A stretch of DNA of 64,000 bases from Acidobacteriota bacterium. Lineage in GTDB: Bacteria; Acidobacteriota; Terriglobia; UBA7540. The notes under the pieces were generated by a model. That model did no database searches and was not told the DNA's origin. It worked only from the letters and a program-made list of their open reading frames with translations. The translations under genes and the position numbers were made by a program. This document shows positions 7,259-17,553 of this stretch, piece by piece (the first letter of the stretch is position 1; each line of letters begins with the position of its first letter). The stretch is from assembly GCA_024638215.1 (NCBI GenBank), contig JAHEKS010000001.1, forward strand, positions 195-64,194, read 5' to 3'.

Positions 7259-9892
7259 CTACTGTCCCGCCGCCGAGCGTCGGCCCTGGAGCCACGAGGC
7301 GAGCCCGGCCTCCTGCCGCGACCGCAGGTCCACGCACTGATTCATTCTCTCCTCCGTGTGCTGGATCGTTCGCTGGCTGGCAGGGGCCTGGTGGGACGCC
7401 AGAAACGATTCCACGTCATCGCGCGCGGCGGCATCGCAAACGTCGCCGGCGGCCCCCACCAGCGCTCCGCCCGCAAATTCCGGAACATTGTTTGAAAGCG
7501 TAGCCCAGTGCTCCTTAACGTAATTCCAGGTTGCGGGCCTGCCGGCGGGATTCCTGAGCACCGCCCCGATCAGGAAGGTCGCGTTTTGCGCGCGCACGGC
7601 CCCCGACTTCGCGTACTGAATCGTCCGGATGAGCAGCGCCGGGTCGTCGAAACTGGCCAAGCTGAAGAGGAACCGGTCATGGTCTTCCGGCGTTTTGGCA
7701 TTCATGAGATGAGCCAGGTAATCATCGTAAAGCGCCTGATCTCCTTGCATGGCCGCCATGCGCACCACCGTCGTGGTCAGGCTCGGGTCAATCGCGGAAG
7801 GGTCGTGCATATACTTTTTGACCAGCACGCGTGCCTCGCGCAGCACCTCGGGGTCATGCCCCGCATATCCCAGGGTGTAGATCACCAAAGAACGAAGGCT
7901 GCGCCGATCGTCCGATTCGCCGGGAGCCGGGTCCCAGCCCAGCTCCTTCATCGCGGGCCGCAGCAAGCTCCGCACCCACGCGCGATAAGGTTCGGCTTCC
8001 TTTCCGGGCGCCAAATCATCCCCGATTCCGCGCAGGATGCCGCCCAGGGTTGCCATCACCGCGGCCTGGCGCTCGGCGCCGTAATCGTCCAGAACCGGCA
8101 TGAAATCTTCGATGCCGAGCTTGCCGGCCCGCACCATGGACCATCCGTCCACCAGGAACATCAGCCGTTCGGCGGGCGAGAGTTGTGCCTCCGCAGCGCT
8201 GGCGATCTCTTGCCACGCCTGGGGCTGATAGACTGATCGGTAATAGCCACGCGCGCCCGCGTTGATCAGCACCCATGGGAATTTGGCCGGAAGCGCGTAG
8301 GACTGTCGTCGGTCTCCCAGCAAATCGCAAGCCACTTGCGCTTTCCCGCCCGCCGGCGGCGATGCTTCCTTCATGCAGACCGGAATCTGCCACAATTCGC
8401 CCGACGAGCTTTCTAGTTTTTGTCGGTTGTAGAAGAATCTCCGCTGCGCGAGCTCGACCCGCGTTCCGGCGCCTTCCCGCTTCAAGCGCGCGCTGATCAC
8501 GGGCGCGCCGGGCTGGTCCACAAAGCTCGCCATAATCTTGTCCACCGGCTTGCCCGAGACTTTCGTCAAGGTGTTCCAAAAATCTTCCGCGGTGGCGTTG
8601 CCGTAAGCGTGGTCTTCAAGATAAGCGTTCACGCCGCGGCGAAAAGTCTCCTCGCCCAGGTAGGCTTCGACCATGCGCAAGACGTCCGCGGCTTTGCCGT
8701 AAGTGATTTCATCCGCGAGTTCCAGGATTTGGTCCGGCGTGCCGGCTTGGGTGCGGATGGGATGCGTGGAGGAGTACGAATCTTCCGCGAGCGCGCCCAC
8801 CGTCTCCTGCAGCGCGCCCATTTCCGGGTGCCATTCCGGCTTCCAGGCGGCCACGGGCTTGGGAGCCATCCAGGTGGCAAAGCCTTCGTTTAGCCAGAGG
8901 TCGTTCCACCACTTCATGGTCACCAAGTCGCCGAACCACATGTGCGCCATCTCGTGCGCCAGGACGCTGGCAACCTCTTGCCGCAGGCGGGCCGAAGCGC
9001 GTTGCGGGTCAATCAGCAGAAGGCTTTCACGGGAAAAGATCGCCGCCGTGTTTTCCATAGCGCCGGCGGCGAAGTCGGGGACGGCAACCAGATCGAGCTT
9101 TCCGTAGGGATATTGTATGGAGTAATAGTTGTCGTAATAATGCAGAATATGTTCAGCCGACTCGAGAGCGAACGCGCCCAGGTCCTTCTTGTCCGGCGTG
9201 GCGCAGACGCGGATGGGAATGCCGTCGGCGCTTCCCTCCAGGCACTGGAAGTCTCCCACCGCCATGGCGACGAGGTAGGAAGACATCTTGGGTGTGTCCG
9301 AGAACACCAGCGTGTGCTTGCCATCGCCCGGCCCCGGAGTGTCAGAGACGATTCTGCCGTTCGAAATCGCCGTGTCCCCGCGGTCCACGATCAGGTGGAT
9401 AGCGAAGGTCGCCTTCATCGCCGGCTCGTCAAAACACGGGAAAGCGCGGCGGGCGTCCGTCGCTTCAAACTGCGTGGCCGCCAGATTGCGCCGCGCCGTC
9501 TTGACCAGATAAAAGCCGCGCAATTGGTCGTTCAGCTTCCCCGTGAAGCTGAGGTGGATCTGCGCGGGGCCGGCGGGAATCGGTTCCGCGACCGTCAAGG
9601 TCGCCTGCTGTTGCGTTGCATCGAGCGAGACTTTGGCGTCCCGGGTTTTCTTTGCGGCAGTGACCGTGACGGCGCCGAAATCAATTTGGGCCGCGTTGAG
9701 TGTGATACTGGACGTCTCAGCGAGGACGCGCACCTGAACGGTTTCGTCCCCGGTGAAGGTTGCGGCCTTGAGGTCGGGTGCAAAGGTGATCTGGTAATGC
9801 TCGGGCAAAACGGTCTCCGGCAGCCGCTGGGCGCGAGCTGCGGCGGCCAGCGCGATCGTACACACGATGAGAGCGATCGTTCGTCTTAGCAT
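7259..9892 (-). CDS. pepN: M1-family aminopeptidase N, secreted
   Basis: GAMEN motif (AAGAMENTAA) and HEMAHMWFGD...WLNEGFA zinc site. ATG at 9892 gives the signal peptide MLRRTIALIVCTIALAAAARAQ. The track ORF extension to 10213 overlaps recN. Confidence 0.9.
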   Translation of the reverse strand: MLRRTIALIVCTIALAAAARAQRLPETVLPEHYQITFAPDLKAATFTGDETVQVRVLAETSSITLNAAQIDFGAVTVTAAKKTRDAKVSLDATQQQATLTVAEPIPAGPAQIHLSFTGKLNDQLRGFYLVKTARRNLAATQFEATDARRAFPCFDEPAMKATFAIHLIVDRGDTAISNGRIVSDTPGPGDGKHTLVFSDTPKMSSYLVAMAVGDFQCLEGSADGIPIRVCATPDKKDLGAFALESAEHILHYYDNYYSIQYPYGKLDLVAVPDFAAGAMENTAAIFSRESLLLIDPQRASARLRQEVASVLAHEMAHMWFGDLVTMKWWNDLWLNEGFATWMAPKPVAAWKPEWHPEMGALQETVGALAEDSYSSTHPIRTQAGTPDQILELADEITYGKAADVLRMVEAYLGEETFRRGVNAYLEDHAYGNATAEDFWNTLTKVSGKPVDKIMASFVDQPGAPVISARLKREGAGTRVELAQRRFFYNRQKLESSSGELWQIPVCMKEASPPAGGKAQVACDLLGDRRQSYALPAKFPWVLINAGARGYYRSVYQPQAWQEIASAAEAQLSPAERLMFLVDGWSMVRAGKLGIEDFMPVLDDYGAERQAAVMATLGGILRGIGDDLAPGKEAEPYRAWVRSLLRPAMKELGWDPAPGESDDRRSLRSLVIYTLGYAGHDPEVLREARVLVKKYMHDPSAIDPSLTTTVVRMAAMQGDQALYDDYLAHLMNAKTPEDHDRFLFSLASFDDPALLIRTIQYAKSGAVRAQNATFLIGAVLRNPAGRPATWNYVKEHWATLSNNVPEFAGGALVGAAGDVCDAAARDDVESFLASHQAPASQRTIQHTEERMNQCVDLRSRQEAGLASWLQGRRSAAGQ

Positions 9893-9993
9893 TTGTCTCC
9901 TTGCGGGATTCCCCGCTTGATTCAATGACTTTAGGATTGTCGGCCAGGTCTGTGCGGGCGTCAATACAGCCGGATCGGGCCGAGTGAGGAGTT

Positions 9994-11715
9994 TCACTTC
10001 GCGCCCACGGCTTGTTGAAGCATGGCCCGCGCGTGCTTCATCGCCGCCTCCGTCACGCGGCTGCCGGAAAGCATGCGCGCCAGCTCCGCCGTCCGTTCCT
10101 CGCCGCCGGCCAGATATTTTACGGAAGTGAGCGTGCGGCCGCCGCGTTCGGTTTTCTCGACAAAATAATGGTGGTCGGCAAAGCAGGCGATCTGCGCAAG
10201 ATGGGTCACGCAAAGGACCTGGGTGTCGCGCGCCAGCCGCTTCAGGCGCTGGCCCACCGATTCCGCCACGCGGCCGCCGATGCCCGCGTCCACTTCGTCG
10301 AAAACGAAAGTGGGCGCCGCTCGCTGGCCTTTCTCTTTCGCGTTCTTCGACCGGCTGCGGCCTATCACGGTTTTGAGCGCCAACATCAGGCGCGACAGCT
10401 CGCCCCCGGAAGCGATCTTTTCCAGAGGGCGCAATTCTTCGCCCGGGTTGGGCGAGATGCGGAATTCCACTTCGTCGGTCCCGCGCGCCGTGGCGCGCTC
10501 GTCCGGCAACGTCTCAAAACGGATTTCAAACCGCGTCTTCTCCATGCCCACCTGTGCCAATTCCTCGCGCACCAGCTTGATCATTTCCTGCGCAGCCTCG
10601 CGCCGGCGCTCGGAAAGGCGGCGTGCCGCTTTGCGAAAATCCGCCAAAGCCTTGTCGCGCTCTCGCTCCGCCTCGGCGTGGCGCTCGTCGGCGTGCTCAA
10701 GATCCTGAAGCTGCCGCTCGGCGTTTTGGAAGTACGCGATGATTTCTTCGATGGTTTTTCCATACTTGCGCTTCAGCCGGTCGAGCAGCGCCAAACGGTC
10801 TTCGACTTCCTCCAGGCGGTGCGGGTTGGCGTCGAGCTTGCCCAAATAGTCGCGCAGCGCAAGCGCCAGGTCCTCAAGCGTCGCGCGTGCGGAGGCGAGT
10901 GGCTCGAGCTGCGCGGCAAAGGACGCGTCGTAACGCGCGAGCTCCTCCAGCGCCCGGCCGGCGGCGGCCGCCCGAGCGCTGGCCGAGCCCTCGTCCTCGT
11001 AGAGCAAATTGTAGGCGCTCCCTGCCGCAGCGCGGATTTTCGCCAGGTTCGAGAGGATCGTCTTTTCTTCCTCCAGGCGAACGTCCTCGCCGATTTCAAG
11101 GTTGGCCTGCTTTAACTCCCGCACCTGAAAAGTGAGAAGGTCAACCTTTCGGAGACGATCCTGCTCGCTCTGGCTGAGTTCCGCCACCTCGCGCTCGAGC
11201 TCGCGCAGGCGCGCAAAAAGCTCGCCGACCTCTTCCAAAAGCGCGGCTGAATCGGCAAACTGGTCGAGCAAATCAAGCTGCGCCTCGCGCGCCAGAAGCT
11301 GAACGTGCTCGCTTTGGCCGTGAATCTCGACCAGCATGCTGGCCAATGCGCGCACGGCCGCGACCGTCACTGGCTGATCGTTTACCAGCATGCGGCTTTT
11401 GCCGTTCGATTGGATTTCGCGCCGCAGCATGATTTCATCGCCGCCTTCGAGGCCCACTTCGTCAAACCATTTTGCCCATGGCGCCACCTTGGAGCTCGCT
11501 CCATCGGCGCGAAAGACCGCCGTGACCACCGCGCGCTCTTCCCCGGTGCGAATGACGTCCGGCGAAGCGCGCCCGCCCAGCGCCAGGCCCAATGCGTCCA
11601 CGAGGATGGATTTCCCCGAGCCTGTTTCGCCCGTCAGCAAATTCAGCCCAGGGCGGAATTCGAGGGCCAGCCTGTCAATCACCGCATAGTTCTGGATGTG
11701 GATTTCGTGCAGCAT
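9994..11715 (-). CDS. recN: DNA repair protein RecN
   Basis: 573 aa. N-terminus MLHEIHIQNYAVIDRL...LTGETGSGKSILVDAL, long coiled-coil middle, C-terminal FDEVDAGIGG signature. Confidence 0.93.
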   Translation of the reverse strand: MLHEIHIQNYAVIDRLALEFRPGLNLLTGETGSGKSILVDALGLALGGRASPDVIRTGEERAVVTAVFRADGASSKVAPWAKWFDEVGLEGGDEIMLRREIQSNGKSRMLVNDQPVTVAAVRALASMLVEIHGQSEHVQLLAREAQLDLLDQFADSAALLEEVGELFARLRELEREVAELSQSEQDRLRKVDLLTFQVRELKQANLEIGEDVRLEEEKTILSNLAKIRAAAGSAYNLLYEDEGSASARAAAAGRALEELARYDASFAAQLEPLASARATLEDLALALRDYLGKLDANPHRLEEVEDRLALLDRLKRKYGKTIEEIIAYFQNAERQLQDLEHADERHAEAERERDKALADFRKAARRLSERRREAAQEMIKLVREELAQVGMEKTRFEIRFETLPDERATARGTDEVEFRISPNPGEELRPLEKIASGGELSRLMLALKTVIGRSRSKNAKEKGQRAAPTFVFDEVDAGIGGRVAESVGQRLKRLARDTQVLCVTHLAQIACFADHHYFVEKTERGGRTLTSVKYLAGGEERTAELARMLSGSRVTEAAMKHARAMLQQAVGAK

Positions 11716-11859
11716 CGCCGGGGAAATCAGACGCTCATTAAGCTACCACATTCCCGGGCGGTTGGAAAAAGGGAGTAAGGGGTGAAGAGGAACGGTCCCG
11801 GTCATCCGGTCGAATGTCGGATTGACTGTAACCTTTTTCCGAACCGGGTCGATCCACGA

Positions 11860-12855
11860 CTAGCAATCCACGTGGTCGCGGAATTTCAAATCGAGCGCCA
11901 TCTTATGGGCGGCTGACACACGATTCGAGAGGTCGCGCATCTCGCCCGCGGGCATGGGAGTGAAATTTCGCGCCCACTCGGTGTTTTCTCGGACCATTGC
12001 GTGCGTCGGCATGCCGACCACGGCCGCCGCCACGGGCAGGCTCAGAGAGTATTGCAGCAATTTCGTGGCAGCGCTCTTTCCGGAGCCGCTTCCCACCAGC
12101 GCTTCCTGCCCCAAGACTTTCATGGCCAGAATTCCAAGTTTCTTCCGCCGCGCCACGGGCAGCGCCACGTGCTCGAAGCTGGTCTTGAAGGCGGGATTCA
12201 GCTCCATGCCGTGCTCGGTTCCCACCATGCCTTGCAGGGCGGCATTCAGCGCCATCTGGGTGCAATCGAAGTCGTGCCGCTCGAGCGCGGTCTTCAGGAC
12301 TGCCGGGTCGTTGTGGCAGGTGATGCCGATGAAGCGCGTCAGTTTCTCCTCGCGCATCTTGTAGAGCGCGTTCAGGACGCCGTCCTTGGCCTCAATTTTT
12401 GCCAAGTCATCCATACCCATCAGCGCGTGCACGTGGATCAAATCGATCTGGTCCGTATGCAATCGCTTCAAGCTGCCTTCGAGAATACGCCGCGCCGTCG
12501 CCCCGTCGCGCGGCTCGATTTTCGTGGCCAGGAAAAACTCCTTGCGCCGCGTCTTCGCGACCTGCCCCACCCAGCCTTCGCTCTTCCCTTCACCGTAGCC
12601 GTAAGCCGTATCCAGGTAAGTGATGCCGGAATCGAGCGCCAGATTGATCGTTGCGACGGCGGCTTCCTCCGTCTTGTAGGCCAACAGTCGGCTACCGCAA
12701 CCCAGAGCCAGAATCGAAACGCGCGCGCCCGTTTTGCCCAGCACGCGCGTGGGCAGGGTGTTTGCGGCCTTCGCCTCCGAGCCCAGCGCCGCCGCAGCCA
12801 ATCCGGCCAAGGCTGATTTTTCCAGGAACTCGCGCCTCGAATACTTGTCCGCCAT
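11860..12855 (-). CDS. aldo/keto reductase with twin-arginine signal peptide
   Basis: ATG at 12855 gives MADKYSRREFLEKSALAGLAAAALGSEAKA (Tat motif SRREFL). AKR core DTAYGYGEGKSE... follows. Confidence 0.85.
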   Translation of the reverse strand: MADKYSRREFLEKSALAGLAAAALGSEAKAANTLPTRVLGKTGARVSILALGCGSRLLAYKTEEAAVATINLALDSGITYLDTAYGYGEGKSEGWVGQVAKTRRKEFFLATKIEPRDGATARRILEGSLKRLHTDQIDLIHVHALMGMDDLAKIEAKDGVLNALYKMREEKLTRFIGITCHNDPAVLKTALERHDFDCTQMALNAALQGMVGTEHGMELNPAFKTSFEHVALPVARRKKLGILAMKVLGQEALVGSGSGKSAATKLLQYSLSLPVAAAVVGMPTHAMVRENTEWARNFTPMPAGEMRDLSNRVSAAHKMALDLKFRDHVDC

Positions 12856-13015
12856 GCCGACCTCCTCGCCCTTGAAATTTCCCGTTCCTTGGCTCCGCAA
12901 GCCGTGAGTATAACTCACCGAATTGAGTGCGAAGGCACTATTTTGCAGCACAAATACTTCTGACGGGGTAATCCGACAATTGGCGTTTTGAGTCGCAGGG
13001 AAGTAAAATGCACTC

Positions 13016-13285
13016 GTGCCTGAGCTCAGCCGGTTTTATAGCATCATCATTCGCATGTCCACGGAAGTCGGCGCGCAGCATCATGTGCCGCATTTTCACG
13101 CCTACTATCAGGAGGAAGTGGCAATCTTCAGCACCGAGCCGGTCGAGATGATTGCCGGTTCGCTGCCCAAGCGGCAGCAACGCTTGGTTGAAGCGTGGGC
13201 GGAATTGCATCAGAATGAATTAAAGGCCGACGGGGAGTTCCTGCAGCAAGGAAGAGCCCCACGGCCCATTGAGCCGCTGAAGTGA
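13016..13285 (+). CDS. DUF4160 domain-containing protein
   Basis: GTG start. (M)PELSRFYSIIIRM....HHVPHFHAYY matches the DUF4160 N-terminal signature (ISRFYGI.I.MY...H.PPHFHA). A TAAAAT box lies 7 nt upstream. Confidence 0.8.
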   Translation: MPELSRFYSIIIRMSTEVGAQHHVPHFHAYYQEEVAIFSTEPVEMIAGSLPKRQQRLVEAWAELHQNELKADGEFLQQGRAPRPIEPLK

Positions 13286-13286
13286 A

Positions 13287-13586
13287 TTGATGAACCACTC
13301 CATCTATCGTGTTACAAGCTTCGAAATCGAAGGGCCTTATACGCTGCGAGTCCTCTTTGACGATGACACCGAGCAGACCATAAACTTTCGGCCGGTACTC
13401 GCCGGCGAACTCTACGCGCCGCTTAATGACCTGAGCGTTTTCAACCGCGTCAGTGTTGACCCTGAAGTGCACACGCTGGTCTGGCCCAACGGGGCGGACT
13501 TTGACCCAGCAACGCTGCACGACTGGCCGCTCTATGCGCAGGAGTTCGCGCAGTGCGCCAAGCGCTGGCAGGCTGTCAGGGCGTGA
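13287..13586 (+). CDS. DUF2442 domain-containing protein
   Basis: Starts 1-4 nt after the DUF4160 stop (TTG 13287 or ATG 13290). L.V.FDD......F.P....V.WPNGADFDP pattern typical of DUF2442. Confidence 0.8.
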   Translation: MMNHSIYRVTSFEIEGPYTLRVLFDDDTEQTINFRPVLAGELYAPLNDLSVFNRVSVDPEVHTLVWPNGADFDPATLHDWPLYAQEFAQCAKRWQAVRA

Positions 13587-13600
13587 CTGAACTCCGTTTG

Positions 13601-14578
13601 TCAGAACCAAAACCGCCAAATCGTGTCTACTAGCGTATGCGTAAGTGCTGAGGCTGACACGCGCCCGCGACGGCGATAGGTGTTGCCGTAGAAGACTCCC
13701 GCGATGGCGGCCAAAATCATGTAACGCCAATTCGGCGCGGGCGCATGGTGCAGGTGCGCGGCGCCGAAAATCACGGAAGCGATCAGCAAACCATAAAGCT
13801 CGCGCCGCTCGGAGCGGAAAGTTTTGACCAGGAAATTTTGCAGGATGCCACGGAAGAGCATTTCCTCGGGGATGGCGACGGTGAGGTAGATGCCGAAAAA
13901 CTGGAAGCCCACCGACCACGGCGAGGGCGACGCCGTGTGAGGATGCAGGAATCCGAGCGCCATGCCCAGCGGAACCGCGATGACCGCAAACCCGGCAAAA
14001 TGCATCACGGCCTCTGCCGTGTCCCTCCAGCCGAAAGTCAACTTGTAGCCGACGCCTTCGAGGTTGCGGATCACCATGAAGGCATATCCGCCGATCAAAA
14101 CCGAATAGAGCGGCCGGAAGAAATAGAGATCCTCAGGCCACATCCAGATGCCGTGAAGCCAGTGCGCGCCCACGGGAAACGCCAGGGCCAACATGGCGGC
14201 GAAATCGCGCCAGCCCGCGCGCGGGGCCGCCCGCTGCCGGTCGGGAAAGAGCAGCAGCACCGGCGCGTAGATATATGCGATCAGCTTCCCTGCCCCGTAA
14301 CACGAAAAAGTCCCCGTGCCTAATGCCAAAATCAAATACGGAAGGAGGAGCAGCAACGGCAAGCTGAGCGCCGTAGCTGATGAGGCAGCGGCGCGCGCGC
14401 GCAGCGCGCGGACGAAGCCATCGTCCGTGAGCGCCGCGAAAGCGCCCAGGACCAGGGTGAAGGAAAGGAGCAAGGCGCCGAGCTCAACGGGAAAGTACCG
14501 GACGCGTACGAGGACGAGCGTTTCCGCGAGGGCGGCCAGGAGAACGAGCAATCCGATTGCGGCCGCCAGCCTGCGCAT
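13601..14578 (-). CDS. CPBP-family intramembrane metalloprotease (CAAX protease-like)
   Basis: Polytopic membrane protein with the EEMLFRG and FGAAH motifs. Confidence 0.8.
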   Translation of the reverse strand: MRRLAAAIGLLVLLAALAETLVLVRVRYFPVELGALLLSFTLVLGAFAALTDDGFVRALRARAAASSATALSLPLLLLLPYLILALGTGTFSCYGAGKLIAYIYAPVLLLFPDRQRAAPRAGWRDFAAMLALAFPVGAHWLHGIWMWPEDLYFFRPLYSVLIGGYAFMVIRNLEGVGYKLTFGWRDTAEAVMHFAGFAVIAVPLGMALGFLHPHTASPSPWSVGFQFFGIYLTVAIPEEMLFRGILQNFLVKTFRSERRELYGLLIASVIFGAAHLHHAPAPNWRYMILAAIAGVFYGNTYRRRGRVSASALTHTLVDTIWRFWF

Positions 14579-14593
14579 GGGTCGAGCTCTGAT

Positions 14594-16156
14594 TCAGGGT
14601 TTGTCGGCCGGCTTGAGCGGCCGTTCGAGGTTCGCGGAGCCGAAATCCACGCTCGCGATGGGAATGATTCGCGCCGCGCCGAGTTTCTTCAAGTCTTTCT
14701 TGAACTCGCTGATGTTGCCCACGAGAACTATGAAGGGGTGCTCGGGGTCGAGATGACGGCGAATCGCCGCTTGAACATCCTGAACGGTCAGGGCGCGAAT
14801 CTTTGCGGGAAACGTATTCCAGTAGTCGAGCGGCAGCCCGCGGACCATCAGGTCGAGGACCTGCTCCGCGACCGAATCCGACGCTTCGAATTCGAGCGCC
14901 AGATGCCCGATCAGGTAGCTTTGGGCGGTTGCGAGTTCGTTCTCGGTGATCGAATGGTCGTAAAGCTCGCGCCGCTGATCCAGGATAACTTTGAGGGTTT
15001 TGAAAGTTTCCGGGGTGCGCGTAAAACTTTTGGCTTCCCAGCTTCCTGCCGACTGATAGCAATTGAGCTCGCTCGAGGCGCCGTAAGTCAGCCCGCGCCG
15101 CGTGCGCAGCGCGCTGAACAGGCGGTTGGCCGCCGCGCCGCCCAGGATCTGGTTGGCGACGGTGAGCGCGTAATAGTCGCCGCTCGCGCGCGGAATTCCG
15201 GCGTCGCCCACGCGAATTTGGGTTTGCACCGCGTCCGGCTTGTCAATGGCGACGATCCGCGTGGCAACAGCAGGCGAACTGGTCGCGGGTGTCGCGCCGC
15301 CGACGTTCTTCGGTTCCCAATTTCCGAAAAACCTTTCCGCCAGCGCAAAGGCTTCTTCCGGCGTGATGTCACCCACCGCAGCGAGAATCGAATTGCCCGG
15401 ACGATAATACCGCGAATGGAAAGACTTCAAATCAGCGGAATCGAGCCGGCGGACCGATTCCATCGTTCCGTCCTGCGGGTGCCCGTAAGGCGTGCCCGAA
15501 AACGCCAGGTCGTCAAAAGCGGTGTCGGCCAGGTAGCCCGGGTCCTGGTAGGCGACCTCCAAAGCCGAAAGCGTCTGGCGGCGCTTGCGCTCGATTTCGG
15601 CCGGCGCGAAGGAGGGATGAAGCATGATGTCGGAAAGCAGATCGAAGGCCGTCGCGGTGTGGTTGCTGAGCACGCTGAGCGAGGCATAGGAACTGTCCCA
15701 GTCGGCGCCGGTGTCGATGTCGCCGCCGGCGCGGTCAATCGCTTTGGCAATTTGCTCGGCCGAGCGGTGCGCCGTCCCCTGATTCAGAAGAGCCGTGACC
15801 AGTTGCGCCGTGCCGGGCGCATCGGGGGGATCGGCCTCGGCGCCGGCCTTGACGACCATGCGCAACGTCACCAGCGGAAGGTCGTGCCGTTCGATGACTA
15901 CCACCTTCAACCCGTTTGCGAGCGTGCGGACCGCGGGGGCGGGCAAAACGTAGGCTTTGGGCGGCGGAACTAGCGGCGGGAATTGACCGAGCTCGCTCGC
16001 GATCGCCCCCGCGGGGGTCTGCGCAAGAACCGTGCCGGAGAGAGCCAGGAAGACAATCGCGACTGTCAGGGCTGCGGGTACCCGAAGGAGAAAAACTCCT
16101 GGCGCAGGCTGTTTTCTGCCCGCAAAGAGGTCGCGGATTTTCACCGGTTCGTCCAT
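14594..16156 (-). CDS. M16-family peptidase, non-catalytic subunit type
   Basis: Insulinase fold, but the HxxEH position reads AQLVTALLNQG. N-terminal membrane/signal segment. Start is ATG 16156 or GTG 16159, overlapping the upstream stop (GTGATG). Confidence 0.85.
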   Translation of the reverse strand: MDEPVKIRDLFAGRKQPAPGVFLLRVPAALTVAIVFLALSGTVLAQTPAGAIASELGQFPPLVPPPKAYVLPAPAVRTLANGLKVVVIERHDLPLVTLRMVVKAGAEADPPDAPGTAQLVTALLNQGTAHRSAEQIAKAIDRAGGDIDTGADWDSSYASLSVLSNHTATAFDLLSDIMLHPSFAPAEIERKRRQTLSALEVAYQDPGYLADTAFDDLAFSGTPYGHPQDGTMESVRRLDSADLKSFHSRYYRPGNSILAAVGDITPEEAFALAERFFGNWEPKNVGGATPATSSPAVATRIVAIDKPDAVQTQIRVGDAGIPRASGDYYALTVANQILGGAAANRLFSALRTRRGLTYGASSELNCYQSAGSWEAKSFTRTPETFKTLKVILDQRRELYDHSITENELATAQSYLIGHLALEFEASDSVAEQVLDLMVRGLPLDYWNTFPAKIRALTVQDVQAAIRRHLDPEHPFIVLVGNISEFKKDLKKLGAARIIPIASVDFGSANLERPLKPADKP

Positions 16157-17553
16157 CACTCGTTCCCAGCTCGAGTTGTGCGGGGGGAAGCGTCACGGCC
16201 CTGCGCCGCCGCGCTTTTCCCAGTGATTCGCGGGTAAACCTCAATCAGCGTCATGTTTTGCGGCACCAGATACTTTCGCGCCGCACGCTGGATGTCTTCG
16301 GGTGTCACATCGAGGAAGCGCTGTGGCTCGGTGTTGACCAGGTTGGGATCTTTTAGAATCACGGCGGCATAGCCCAATTCCTCGCCGCGGCAGCGGACCG
16401 TTTCCCGGCCCTGGATGTAATCGCGCAAGATCTGATTCTTGGCCTCGTCCAGTTCCTCCTCGGAAACCGGCTTATTCCGCAGCTCGGCAAGGATCGAGTC
16501 CACTTCGCCTTCGCCCTCCGCCGGCGAGTGACCGGGATTGAGGACGGCAAACACAAAGAAGAGATTCGGATCTTCGGTGAAGTTGCCGGAGCTCTCGGCA
16601 TCGAGCGCGATTTGCTTTTCGTAAACCAGGCGGCGGTAGATCGGCGAGCTTTCACCTTCCGAAAGGATTTTGGAGGCCAGCCGCAGGGGGTAGGCGTCCG
16701 GCGTTCCATCCGCGGGCATGTGAAAGCCCTCGACAAACGCCGGCAGCGCCACGTCCAGGTTGAGTTTGACCATCCGCTCGGCTGTCTGGCGGGGCTCGGC
16801 GGGAAATTCCCGGTTGATCGGCCGCGTGCCGCGCTCGAGCGGCCCGAAATATTTCCGAATCCAATCCTCGCACTGCGCCGCCTCAAAATCGCCCACCACC
16901 AGCAGCGTGGCGTTGTTGGGAACGTAGTGCGTGTCATAGAACTCGCGCACGTCGTCGACGGTGGCGTGCTCGACGTCTTCCATGCTTCCGATGGCGGTGC
17001 GCTGATAAGGGTGAACGGTGAAGGCGGTATGGTAGAGCGTCTCGACCACCGAACCGTAAGGTTGGTTGTCGAAACGCATGCGCCGTTCCTCTTCCACCAC
17101 TTTTTTTTCGTTCTCGAGCGTTTCCTTGCTGATGTCCAAGTTGCGCATGCGGTCGGCTTCGAGCCACAGCACCTGCTGGAGGCTGGTCGAGGGAACCGTC
17201 TCCCAGAAGACCGTCATGTCTTCGGTGGTGTAGGCGTTGTCTTCCCCGCCCGCGCGCACGATGTAGCTGGAGAATTGCTCCGCGCCCACGGTGCGCGTGC
17301 CGTCGAACATCAGGTGCTCGAACAGGTGCGCGAAGCCGGTCTTGCCGGGCTGCTCGTTCTTCGAGCCTACGTGGTACCAGACCTCAACGCTGACCACAGG
17401 GATGTCGTGCCGCTCGACCATCAGCGCGCGCAGGCCGTTCGCGAGCTTCAGAGAGCGGATCGCGGTGGACGGAAGCGTGACGGGCGCGGCAAGAAGGGCG
17501 CGGCCGGCCGCGAGCAGCGCCAGGGCAAGCAGAAAGTTTACCGAGGGCCACAA
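16156..17553 (-). CDS. M16-family zinc peptidase (catalytic HxxEH)
   Basis: Signal peptide MWPSVNFLLALALLAAGRALLA. GFAHLFEHLMFDG zinc motif. Confidence 0.9.
   Translation of the reverse strand: MWPSVNFLLALALLAAGRALLAAPVTLPSTAIRSLKLANGLRALMVERHDIPVVSVEVWYHVGSKNEQPGKTGFAHLFEHLMFDGTRTVGAEQFSSYIVRAGGEDNAYTTEDMTVFWETVPSTSLQQVLWLEADRMRNLDISKETLENEKKVVEEERRMRFDNQPYGSVVETLYHTAFTVHPYQRTAIGSMEDVEHATVDDVREFYDTHYVPNNATLLVVGDFEAAQCEDWIRKYFGPLERGTRPINREFPAEPRQTAERMVKLNLDVALPAFVEGFHMPADGTPDAYPLRLASKILSEGESSPIYRRLVYEKQIALDAESSGNFTEDPNLFFVFAVLNPGHSPAEGEGEVDSILAELRNKPVSEEELDEAKNQILRDYIQGRETVRCRGEELGYAAVILKDPNLVNTEPQRFLDVTPEDIQRAARKYLVPQNMTLIEVYPRITGKSAAAQGRDASPRTTRAGNE

Noticed and set aside
9893-10213. N-terminal 107-codon extension of the aminopeptidase ORF
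   Set aside because: It overlaps the recN 3' end and has an Arg/Gly-rich composition. The internal ATG at 9892 yields a proper signal peptide.
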